NCBI RefSeq assembly: GCF_030253515.1
Contig: NZ_CP124549.1
Location: forward strand, 180,001 to 212,000
Direction: 5' to 3'
DNA length: 32,000 nt
DNA from: Candidatus Nanosynbacter lyticus
Lineage (GTDB): Bacteria > Patescibacteriota > Saccharimonadia > Saccharimonadales > Saccharimonadaceae
The position numbers were made by a program, and so were the translations under genes. This document shows, in pieces, positions 8,630 through 15,590 of this stretch. Below the pieces are notes generated by a model. The model made no database searches and was not told where the DNA came from. It saw nothing but the letters and a program-made list of their open reading frames with translations. Numbering within the stretch: position 1 is the first letter of the stretch; each line of letters begins with the position of its first letter.

Positions 8630-9403
8630 ATGGAGTTTCTGAAAAAAACAGCCAGGCGACGGTCGCTTCTCAGTAATATCGCTTATTATGCACTCAATTT
8701 AGGGATGGTGGCAGTCTTGTTCTGGATGTCGCAGGAGATTCATTATCCGTTGGCGGCGATTGTGCTGGTACTCTTAAGCAAGTGGCGGACATTGTCGGTG
8801 CGCCCTAAGTTTTGGCTAACGAATATTCAAGGAAGCCTGGTTGACGTGGTGGTTGGTCTCGGTGTGGTGGCGCTGATGTATGCGCCGCAGGCGACGCTGG
8901 TGCTACGAATTGCGCTAGCGGTATTTTATGCGATATGGCTTGTCGCTATCAAGCCGCTATCAAAGCGCTGGCAGATGACATTGCAGGCGGGTCTCGCGGT
9001 ATTTATCGGCACAGCAGCACTGTTTGCAGTGTCACACGAATGGTCAGCTGCGGTGGTTGTGCTGTGTGCGCTAGTCATTGGGTATGGCACGGCTCGGCAT
9101 TTCCTATCGACGTTTCGTGAGGAGCAGATTACTGTACTCAGTCTAGCCTGGGGGCTGGTATTTGCGGAGATTGGCTGGCTGGCACATTACTGGACGTTTG
9201 GCTATGCACTACTCGGAGTAAACGCCTTGCAGCTGCCGCAGGCGACAATCATCTTTGTATTACTATCATTTGTGGCTGAACGTATTTATACTTCTTGGCA
9301 CAAGCATAAAACGATCGTTATTGCTGAAGTTGCCGGCCCGGCTATCTTGGCGTCGGCGCTTATCCTGACCATTTTACTATTCTTTAACTCGGTGACACTA
9401 TAA
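8630..9403 (+). CDS. Polytopic integral membrane protein, unknown function
   Basis: An ORF of about 257 aa made almost entirely of hydrophobic helices (at least 6 predicted by eye). I prefer ATG 8630 to GTG 8624 because of the -10 position. Its stop overlaps the htrA-like start (TAATG). Confidence 0.7.
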   Translation: MEFLKKTARRRSLLSNIAYYALNLGMVAVLFWMSQEIHYPLAAIVLVLLSKWRTLSVRPKFWLTNIQGSLVDVVVGLGVVALMYAPQATLVLRIALAVFYAIWLVAIKPLSKRWQMTLQAGLAVFIGTAALFAVSHEWSAAVVVLCALVIGYGTARHFLSTFREEQITVLSLAWGLVFAEIGWLAHYWTFGYALLGVNALQLPQATIIFVLLSFVAERIYTSWHKHKTIVIAEVAGPAILASALILTILLFFNSVTL

Positions 9404-10572
9404 TGGAGCAAGAATCTCGTTCAGCTCAGCAACTCCAATCTCGACCGGGTGTGCCGCGTCGCAGGAAGCTAGCGCTGATTAGTGCTTGTGTCATCACGAT
9501 GCTATGGCTGATGGTTGGCTCGGCAGTGCTGGGTTCGTGGCTAACGACGCAGTTTAATAAACAGTCCATCCAGTCTACTCCTGATGGCAACCTCGTCATG
9601 TCGCGTGATGAAGCAGATATCAGCGAAGTTGTGCAGCGTGTGTCTAAGAGCGTGGTTTCGATCGTAACCACTAAGAATGGCCGGACATTGTCGCGTGCGA
9701 CAGTGCAGCAAGGTGCTGGTACAGGGATCATCATCAGTAAAGACGGTTATATTTTGACGAATAAACATGTCGTCAAGGACGCTGAAACCATCGAGATTAT
9801 GGGTAGTGACGGTACGCAGTATACGGATGTCAAGCTTGTTGGCGTTGATCCACTCAACGATGTGGCGTTTCTCAAGATCAATGGTGTGAATGACCTGCCG
9901 GCAGCCACGCTGGGTGACTCAAGCACTGTGCATGTTGGTCAGAAAGTAATTGCTATCGGTAATTCACTGGGTCGCTACCAGAACACCGTCACAACGGGCA
10001 TTATCTCGGGGAAGGGCCGACCAGTTCAGGCCTCTACTAGTGAATATAGCGACGAAGCCGAGAGTCTGACTGATCTACTTCAGACTGATGCTGCGATCAA
10101 TCCGGGTAACTCTGGCGGGCCGCTCCTCAATATGTCGGGCCAAGTTATTGGCATCAACACAGCGATCGTCTCGGATGCGCAGAGTGTGGGATTTGCAATT
10201 CCGATTGCCGCCACCAAGGGGTTGGTACGCAGTGTGCTGAGCTCTGGAAAAATTCAGAAATCATATATCGGCGTGCAATATATCGCGATTACCCCTGAAG
10301 TTCGTGCTGAGCATAAATTACCAGTCAAAAGCGGTGCCTATGTCGGCGGCTCGCGTCGCAAATCGGCGGTCGTCGCTGGCGGGCCAGCCGATAAAGCAGG
10401 CATCAAGGACGGCGATATCATTACCAAGGTAAATGATAAATTGATCGGCGAGCAGGGCGGTCTCGGCAGTCTTATCTCTGAGTTCTTGCCGGGCGAGACG
10501 GTAGAACTGACTATCCTGCGCGACGGCAAGGAACAGAAGGTCAAGCTAACGCTTGGCGCCTACAAGGCGTAG
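9403..10572 (+). CDS. HtrA/DegP-family trypsin-like serine protease with an N-terminal TM anchor and one PDZ domain
   Basis: Catalytic triad contexts TNKHVV, DVAFLKI and GNSGGPLLN. PDZ-like segment VVAGGPADKAGIKDGDIITKVN. Confidence 0.9.
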   Translation: MEQESRSAQQLQSRPGVPRRRKLALISACVITMLWLMVGSAVLGSWLTTQFNKQSIQSTPDGNLVMSRDEADISEVVQRVSKSVVSIVTTKNGRTLSRATVQQGAGTGIIISKDGYILTNKHVVKDAETIEIMGSDGTQYTDVKLVGVDPLNDVAFLKINGVNDLPAATLGDSSTVHVGQKVIAIGNSLGRYQNTVTTGIISGKGRPVQASTSEYSDEAESLTDLLQTDAAINPGNSGGPLLNMSGQVIGINTAIVSDAQSVGFAIPIAATKGLVRSVLSSGKIQKSYIGVQYIAITPEVRAEHKLPVKSGAYVGGSRRKSAVVAGGPADKAGIKDGDIITKVNDKLIGEQGGLGSLISEFLPGETVELTILRDGKEQKVKLTLGAYKA

Positions 10573-11370
10573 GACGATGATAAAGCCGCGCGTCTCTACC
10601 TCGTGAAGGCCGTGCTGCCTTGCTTGATGGAGAATTGCCTGGTGCTGTCGCGGGTCGGCTTCCAGAAAAAGCAGACCATCTGCCGTCAAGCGGCGCGGCG
10701 CTTGCTCAATCAGTGTCTCGATCAACCGCAGTCCATTATCCGCCGCAAATAATGCCTCGGCGGGTTCGTGACGTAGCTCTGGCGAAACATCCCAGTCCCG
10801 ATCAACATACGGCAGATTAGCAAAGATATAATCCACCGGCTCAATCTGCCCGGAAAGGAGCGATTGTTGCTGCAGCGTCACCCGCGCCTGTAAATTGCTC
10901 GCATTTTTCTCGGCAATTTTTATGGCTCGTGGACTAATATCCGATAAAATAACCCGCAGGGACGGCCGCTCTAGCGCCGCTGTAATGCCAAGGCAGCCCG
11001 AACCAGTGCCAATGTCAATCAGCGTCTTTGGCGCGATCTCACTGGCTGTCAGCGCTAAAAACAGGGTAATCATCTCCTCTGACTCCGGTCGTGGCACCAG
11101 GACAGCTGGCGAAACGGTAAATTTCCGTCCGTAAAATTCCTTATAGCCCAAAATATACGCCAGCGGTACTCGATCAAGGCGCAGGCTCAGCCTGGCGTCA
11201 GCAATATCAACTCGCCGCGGGTCAATCTCCTCATCCAGGTGCGCATGAAGGTACGTCCGGTTCTTCCGCAGAGTGTTAGCCAATATCAGCTCGGCGTCCA
11301 ACCGCGCCGACGCAACACCAATAGCTTTTAACTGTTTAGCGGCGTTCTTTAGCCAGGTTGCTATATTCAT
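10546..11370 (-). CDS. prmC: Release-factor glutamine N5-methyltransferase (PrmC/HemK)
   Basis: SAM-binding IDIGTGSGCLG. The catalytic-motif position reads FANLPYV (a variant of NPPY). It sits next to prfA apart from one inserted ORF. Confidence 0.85.
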   Translation of the reverse strand: MNIATWLKNAAKQLKAIGVASARLDAELILANTLRKNRTYLHAHLDEEIDPRRVDIADARLSLRLDRVPLAYILGYKEFYGRKFTVSPAVLVPRPESEEMITLFLALTASEIAPKTLIDIGTGSGCLGITAALERPSLRVILSDISPRAIKIAEKNASNLQARVTLQQQSLLSGQIEPVDYIFANLPYVDRDWDVSPELRHEPAEALFAADNGLRLIETLIEQAPRRLTADGLLFLEADPRQHQAILHQARQHGLHEVETRGFIIVLRLVGAKR

Positions 11371-11377
11371 GTTGTTA

Positions 11378-11383
11378 ATTATA
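11378..11383 (-). promoter_or_regulatory. -10 box TATAAT 7 nt upstream of the prmC ATG (candidate leaderless promoter)
   Basis: The minus strand reads gtagTATAATtaacaacATG. Confidence 0.45.
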
Positions 11384-11447
11384 CTACATAGCTAGGAATG
11401 AGTAAAGTGATTATGGTTGCAAAATAGCTATAAAGTTGTAAAAAGTA

Positions 11448-11477
11448 TTGACAAATCAAGAGAGAGAGTAATATAAG
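11448..11477 (+). promoter_or_regulatory. Promoter module copy A: TTGACAAATCAAGAGAGAGAGTAATATAAG
   Basis: Perfect -35 TTGACA at 11448-11453. The -10 candidates are TAATAT at 11469-11474 (15-nt spacer) or TATAAG at 11472-11477 (18-nt spacer). The first 16 nt are identical to the copy at 14701. Confidence 0.6.
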
Positions 11478-11515
11478 AAGCACACTAAGCATAATCAAGT
11501 AAAAAGGAATAAGTT

Positions 11516-12076
11516 GTGGATAGAAATAGGATTTCATCACCGGCGACATTAGAACATATGGATGAAGAGCGTGAGCCACGTATCGTCACCTATGAAAGCG
11601 GTGCTAGCGTATTAGTTCACGATGAGCCGGGTGATAGAGTGACTATCGGCACTGATGATAAATACTTTAGAGATCCTATGTTAAGTCGTGGTATGCTTTG
11701 TTTTGAGGCTATTCGTGATGATGGCGTTAGGGTTGAGTCTTATGTTACACCAGATGAGGTTGTGACTGCACGACACTATGATCACATGGTCGCGTATGAT
11801 GTGTATACACGCAACAATACCCGAGACGAGACGGCGATACTGGTACCAGTAGGCAATGATATACACGGACGGGAGTTCGTGATTGGTGAGGATATTACAG
11901 TAATTCCGGGGTATGCTCGTGGCGGTATGACGCTAAAATCCATTTCGGCGGAGTATAAATATGATATGGGTCGTCGTGATACCATAGAAGGCGAAAGTCC
12001 ATTTGAGACAATAAAACACAAAATTGAAAAGCAGCGACGGAATAGTAAACTTGGCTCGACTGCGCTAGGGGTATAA
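11516..12076 (+). CDS. Hypothetical protein, 186 aa (orphan O1)
   Basis: GTG start 7 nt after SD aagga (11504-11508). Soluble and acidic, with no motif I recognise. It lies antisense between prmC and prfA. Confidence 0.55.
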   Translation: MDRNRISSPATLEHMDEEREPRIVTYESGASVLVHDEPGDRVTIGTDDKYFRDPMLSRGMLCFEAIRDDGVRVESYVTPDEVVTARHYDHMVAYDVYTRNNTRDETAILVPVGNDIHGREFVIGEDITVIPGYARGGMTLKSISAEYKYDMGRRDTIEGESPFETIKHKIEKQRRNSKLGSTALGV

Positions 12077-12095
12077 TACTACTAGGTAGCTGATA

Positions 12096-13166
12096 CTATT
12101 TTTCGGCATTCTGCGCCTTCAACTCCCGCTCATATCGCTGCAATTGCTCAATCAAGTCGTCAATATCCCCGTTCATCGCCGCGGGGATATTGCTGCGGCT
12201 GTAGTGGACGCGGTGGTCGGTGATGCGGTCTTGCGGGAAGTTGTAGGTGCGAATCTTCTCTGAGCGGTCACCAGTACCAACGAGTGAGCGTCGTTCGGCA
12301 CTTAATTTGGCATTTTCCTCATCAATTTTCATCTGCAGCAAGCGCGAACGCAGCACGCTCATGGCTTTTTCGCGGTTCTTGATCTGTGATTTTTCATCTT
12401 GGTTAGTGACGACGATACCAGTTGGTAGGTGAGTGATGCGCACTGCCGAGTCGGTAGTATTGACGCTTTGGCCGCCATTGCCGCTGGAGCGGTAGATGTC
12501 AACGCGCAGGTCGCTTGGATTAATTTCAACGTCGGCTTCCTCGGCTTCTGGCAGCACCGCTACGGTGACGGTGGAGGTGTGGACGCGGCCTTGGCTTTCG
12601 GTGACTGGGACGCGCTGGACGCGGTGGACGCCGCCTTCAAATTTCAATTTGGCGTATGGCGCGTCGCCCTTGACCATGAAAATAACTTCTTTATAGCCGC
12701 CGGAGTCGTTGGCGGATTCGCTGATGAGCTCAGTTTTGTAGCCATTGGCTTCGCACCAGCGTAGGTACATGCGGTACAGTTCCGCCGCAAACAGCGATGC
12801 TTCGTCGCCACCAGCGCCAGCACGGATCTCTATGATGATGTTTTTCTCGTCGTTTGGATCTTTTGGCGTCAGTAGGATGAATAATTCTCCTTCCAGCTCT
12901 GACAGCCGCGCTTCAGTTTCAGTGATTTCGGCTTTTGCTAATTCTGCCAATTCGCCGCCGTCATTCGCTAATTCTTTGGCGTCACGCAGATTTTGCTCTA
13001 ATGCCACTCGCTCGTCGCCCTTGATAATAAGCGTCTCTAGCTCCGAGAACCGCTTATTTTTACTCGTGAAATCCGGCGAGCCATACGCGTCGGGACGCGC
13101 CAAAAAATCACCCAGCGTCGCCCGCTCCGCCTTCAACGCCTCGAGGTCAAGAGAGATTTTTGTCAT
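12096..13166 (-). CDS. prfA: Peptide chain release factor 1
   Basis: GGQ loop [11 protein letters not shown] and an RF1-type tripeptide context QRVPVTES (PxT). Length 356 aa. Confidence 0.95.
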   Translation of the reverse strand: MTKISLDLEALKAERATLGDFLARPDAYGSPDFTSKNKRFSELETLIIKGDERVALEQNLRDAKELANDGGELAELAKAEITETEARLSELEGELFILLTPKDPNDEKNIIIEIRAGAGGDEASLFAAELYRMYLRWCEANGYKTELISESANDSGGYKEVIFMVKGDAPYAKLKFEGGVHRVQRVPVTESQGRVHTSTVTVAVLPEAEEADVEINPSDLRVDIYRSSGNGGQSVNTTDSAVRITHLPTGIVVTNQDEKSQIKNREKAMSVLRSRLLQMKIDEENAKLSAERRSLVGTGDRSEKIRTYNFPQDRITDHRVHYSRSNIPAAMNGDIDDLIEQLQRYERELKAQNAEK

Positions 13167-13173
13167 ATGGATT

Positions 13174-13182
13174 ATTATAGCA
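13174..13182 (-). promoter_or_regulatory. Extended -10 TGcTATAAT 7 nt upstream of the prfA ATG (candidate leaderless promoter)
   Basis: The minus strand reads aaTATGcTATAATaatccatATG. Confidence 0.5.
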
Positions 13183-13238
13183 TATTGGTGGGGGACAGCG
13201 GGCCTACTAGTAAAATACTGATAATGGCGTAGGGATAC

Positions 13239-13267
13239 TTGACAAACAAAAGAAAATAGAGTAATAT
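13239..13267 (+). promoter_or_regulatory. Promoter module copy C: TTGACAAACAAAAGAAAATAGAGTAATAT
   Basis: TTGACA at 13239-13244, a 17-nt spacer, and TAATAT at 13262-13267. It shares TTGACAAA and AGAGTAATAT with the other copies. Confidence 0.6.
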
Positions 13268-13322
13268 GTAGACCATTAGTGCATCATATATTGCAGTAGC
13301 AAAGATAAGGAAAATAAAAAGT

Positions 13323-14093
13323 ATGGGCAAATTATTTCAATCAGCACGACGTATGATCAATGAAACCTTCGGGACAAACTTTGGGCGGGTGCGTAATGTC
13401 GAGAAGGCCTGGGAGATGGCACAAGAAGAAAATGCTGAACATGCACGCCGGCAGACAGAAAGGAAGTTAGCGAGTTTAGCCCTTGACGAGCCGCGCATAG
13501 CAGAACTAAAAAATGGCTCAGGTCTCCCGGAGACAAAGGTGGGGTCTCCTGAATTCATTGCTAAGATGTTTGAAAAGGCCGGTGAGTACATGTCAGACAA
13601 GGAGGGTGGTACCTCGACAGAGAAGTGGCTACCAATGATGTACGACCTTCCGTCTCTAGCTGAAGAGATGACAGTGAATCAGGTTTCGTGTTACGGTGAT
13701 TTTATTGCTAGGGGACCCAACGGTGGACCGATTATCGGTATGGTTGAGGAGCGTAGCGTTGGGGGTACGGATCATGATGCTCGGCGCGTTCGCACCTCAA
13801 CCGCTTATGATCCTACGACGGGCTTGATAAAGGAAGTTGAACTCACAAATCACCTAAAAAGGGAAAAGAATGGTCGCAGGTATACCGGTGATTATGAGGT
13901 GATAAAAACTGACGGTAAGATACGATGGATTTTGCCCGATGGTACTGTCGAATGTGTTGATACTGATGAAAATGGCGTGCGGCAACCAGGTACGTTGTAT
14001 CGGAGGGATGTGGGAGAGCTGGCGTATCTACGGAGACTCGAGTGCATGATGGAGCATTTTGATACCAAACCCGAAGCACCTAGTAAGGGTTAG
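13323..14093 (+). CDS. Hypothetical protein, 256 aa (orphan O2)
   Basis: ATG start with an A-rich leader and aagga about 13 nt upstream. It has a charged helical N-terminus and a Gly/Thr/Asp-rich C-terminal half, with no recognisable motif. It lies antisense between prfA and rpmE. Confidence 0.55.
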   Translation: MGKLFQSARRMINETFGTNFGRVRNVEKAWEMAQEENAEHARRQTERKLASLALDEPRIAELKNGSGLPETKVGSPEFIAKMFEKAGEYMSDKEGGTSTEKWLPMMYDLPSLAEEMTVNQVSCYGDFIARGPNGGPIIGMVEERSVGGTDHDARRVRTSTAYDPTTGLIKEVELTNHLKREKNGRRYTGDYEVIKTDGKIRWILPDGTVECVDTDENGVRQPGTLYRRDVGELAYLRRLECMMEHFDTKPEAPSKG

Positions 14094-14116
14094 TGTAAAA
14101 TTCAATGTAGTCTCAT

Positions 14117-14148
14117 CGTAATAGCTCCGCCTCGACGGAGCTATTACG
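14117..14148. terminator. Perfect 13-bp hairpin between the convergent O2 and rpmE genes (possible bidirectional terminator)
   Basis: CGTAATAGCTCCG (14117-14129) pairs with CGGAGCTATTACG (14136-14148) around a 6-nt loop. There is only a short T run (TT) after it, so termination efficiency is uncertain. Confidence 0.55.
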
Positions 14149-14177
14149 TTAATGTCAAAAATATTGATAAGTTGGGG

Positions 14178-14561
14178 CTATTTCTTAACCTTCTTAGTTT
14201 TTGCCTTAGGTGTAGCCGCTTTCTTCTTTGTGTCGTCTGTGTCATCTGCCGCCTTGGTGGCTTTTTTGGCGGCAGCTTTCTTGGCTTTGTTGGCTAGGGC
14301 TGTCTTGCGAGCCTGGGCGGCTGCTTGGCGTGCCTTAAACCGGTCAACACGACCTTCGGTGTCGATGATCTTTTCTTCGCCGGTGAAGAATGGGTGTGAG
14401 GCGCTGGAGATGTGCACCTTGACGAGCGGATAAGTTTTGCCATCTTCCCAAACGATGGTGTCCGTGGTTTGCGCTGTTGACTGAGTCAAGAACGCGAAGC
14501 CCGCTTGATCGTCGCTAAATACGACCGGGCGATAGTTCTGTGGGTGAATACTGCTTTTCAT
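14178..14561 (-). CDS. rpmE: 50S ribosomal protein L31, type B (no Cys zinc motif), with a ~45-aa Lys/Ala-rich C-terminal extension
   Basis: [15 protein letters not shown]...[24 protein letters not shown]...GRVDRF matches L31 type B. The tail reads [44 protein letters not shown]. Confidence 0.9.
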   Translation of the reverse strand: MKSSIHPQNYRPVVFSDDQAGFAFLTQSTAQTTDTIVWEDGKTYPLVKVHISSASHPFFTGEEKIIDTEGRVDRFKARQAAAQARKTALANKAKKAAAKKATKAADDTDDTKKKAATPKAKTKKVKK

Positions 14562-14570
14562 AACCTTGGT

Positions 14571-14579
14571 ATTTTAGCA
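14571..14579 (-). promoter_or_regulatory. Extended -10 TGcTAAAAT 9 nt upstream of the rpmE ATG
   Basis: The minus strand reads ttttTGcTAAAATaccaaggttATG. Confidence 0.45.
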
Positions 14580-14700
14580 AAAAAGTATGGGTATTGCAAA
14601 TATCACCACTAGTGCAGCTGCATACTGGAGCTATACTCGCCGTTCGGCAAGGGCCGCTCAACAATTATGCTTGTAAATCATCAAAAACATTGTAATGTAC

Positions 14701-14729
14701 TTGACAAATCAAGAGATAGAGAGTATAGT
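14701..14729 (+). promoter_or_regulatory. Promoter module copy B: TTGACAAATCAAGAGATAGAGAGTATAGT
   Basis: TTGACA at 14701-14706, a 17-nt spacer, and TATAGT at 14724-14729. It is followed by a leader with SD aaggag at 14751-14756 and ATG at 14766. Confidence 0.65.
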
Positions 14730-14765
14730 TGACTCCGATAGCTAAAAACCAAGGAGTTACACGAC

Positions 14766-15482
14766 ATGGATAAGGGAAGACAGCCAAATATTTGGGGTAG
14801 GCATAATCTCAACCAGTTGGCAGAGGAAGCGTTTCGGCGCAATGAGGAAAAAGAAAGGGCGCAGGCTGTTGGTGCAATACTAGATCGCCCCGACCGTAAT
14901 GAGGCAAATACTATAGGTTTTCTATCTAAGAACGCATTGTCGCGCCTTAGCTGGGCACTTGGAAGGGTTTTTGAGGTGAACTTAGCTTCTGGTTCTTGCG
15001 ATACTGTGAAGGTAAAGCTGTTTAATCCCCACGAACGTATCGTCGACAACTCTCTTGTCGTGCCAATGGAAGTAAATACTTCAGTTGTAGCGCTTGATGC
15101 CTACGGACCTGGTTCTGTTGGGAGAGATGGGTCAAAGGTTGGTTCGATCTTATTGTTTAAAGTAGCGGGAAACCTTATTAAGGAGCCGGCGCCAGGTATA
15201 ACTGCAAAGGACTTAGCGTGGGGTGAGAACTGTGTATTTGGTGCTTTTGTGGATGGCGACGCAATTAACTATTTTGAGATTGGTCAAACAAGTGGTGATG
15301 TCGTTCAGTCAGAGCTGCGCCGTAAGGATCCAACAGAGGAGAATGGTCAATCTGTCGAGATGCAGGTTGTGAAACCGGGGCAGGATCGACCTATTGTTCA
15401 AAAGCTCTCTTCTTCAAGCGATGAGGTCTTCGAGCTTGAGCAGGAGTTAGATAAGTTCATGGCGTCTCGCTCTGTTCAGTAA
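14766..15482 (+). CDS. Hypothetical protein, 238 aa (orphan O3)
   Basis: Good SD (aaggag, 9-nt spacing) and its own promoter. Soluble, with no recognisable motif. It lies between rpmE and rpsB. Confidence 0.6.
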   Translation: MDKGRQPNIWGRHNLNQLAEEAFRRNEEKERAQAVGAILDRPDRNEANTIGFLSKNALSRLSWALGRVFEVNLASGSCDTVKVKLFNPHERIVDNSLVVPMEVNTSVVALDAYGPGSVGRDGSKVGSILLFKVAGNLIKEPAPGITAKDLAWGENCVFGAFVDGDAINYFEIGQTSGDVVQSELRRKDPTEENGQSVEMQVVKPGQDRPIVQKLSSSSDEVFELEQELDKFMASRSVQ

Positions 15483-15486
15483 CGGA

Positions 15487-15515
15487 TTGCTTTTGGTGTC
15501 GACTCGTGTTAAAAT
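15487..15515 (+). promoter_or_regulatory. rpsB-tsf promoter: TTGCTT-17 nt-TAAAAT with extended -10 (TGtTAAAAT)
   Basis: TTGCTT at 15487-15492 and TGtTAAAAT at 15507-15515. Confidence 0.55.
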
Positions 15516-15542
15516 GACGAGGTAACTAAATATAACGACACA

Positions 15543-15570
15543 GCCCGTCGCAGCTCCAAAAGCGGCGGGC
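15543..15570 (+). promoter_or_regulatory. Stem-loop in the rpsB 5' leader (candidate S2 autoregulatory element)
   Basis: GCCCGTCGC (15543-15551) pairs with GCGGCGGGC (15562-15570): 9 bp including one G-U pair, with a 10-nt loop. It ends 7 nt before SD aaggag (15578-15583). Confidence 0.3.
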
Positions 15571-15590
15571 GAGGAAAAAGGAGTAATCTA

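Noticed and set aside
11459-11468. An (AG)5 microsatellite.
   Set aside because: It is only 10 nt long and is part of the spacer of promoter module copy A. The 2-nt difference from copy B could reflect slippage, but it is not a repeat feature in its own right.
11515-11523. A DnaA-box-like sequence TGTGGATAG (8/9 match), which might have hinted at an origin.
   Set aside because: It is a single copy that overlaps the O1 start codon. There is no cluster of boxes or AT-rich unwinding element, and no dnaA or dnaN nearby.
11379-11579. A 66-aa very hydrophobic minus-strand ORF spanning the prmC/O1 intergenic region.
   Set aside because: It runs through the A/T-rich divergent promoter region and the start of O1. 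It has no SD or promoter of its own. The hydrophobicity comes from T-rich codons in AT-rich DNA.
14152-14433. A 93-aa plus-strand ORF with a hydrophobic Ala/Phe/Leu-rich product.
   Set aside because: It is the mirror image of the Lys/Ala-rich codons of the L31 tail on the other strand. The L31 core on the minus strand is unambiguous.
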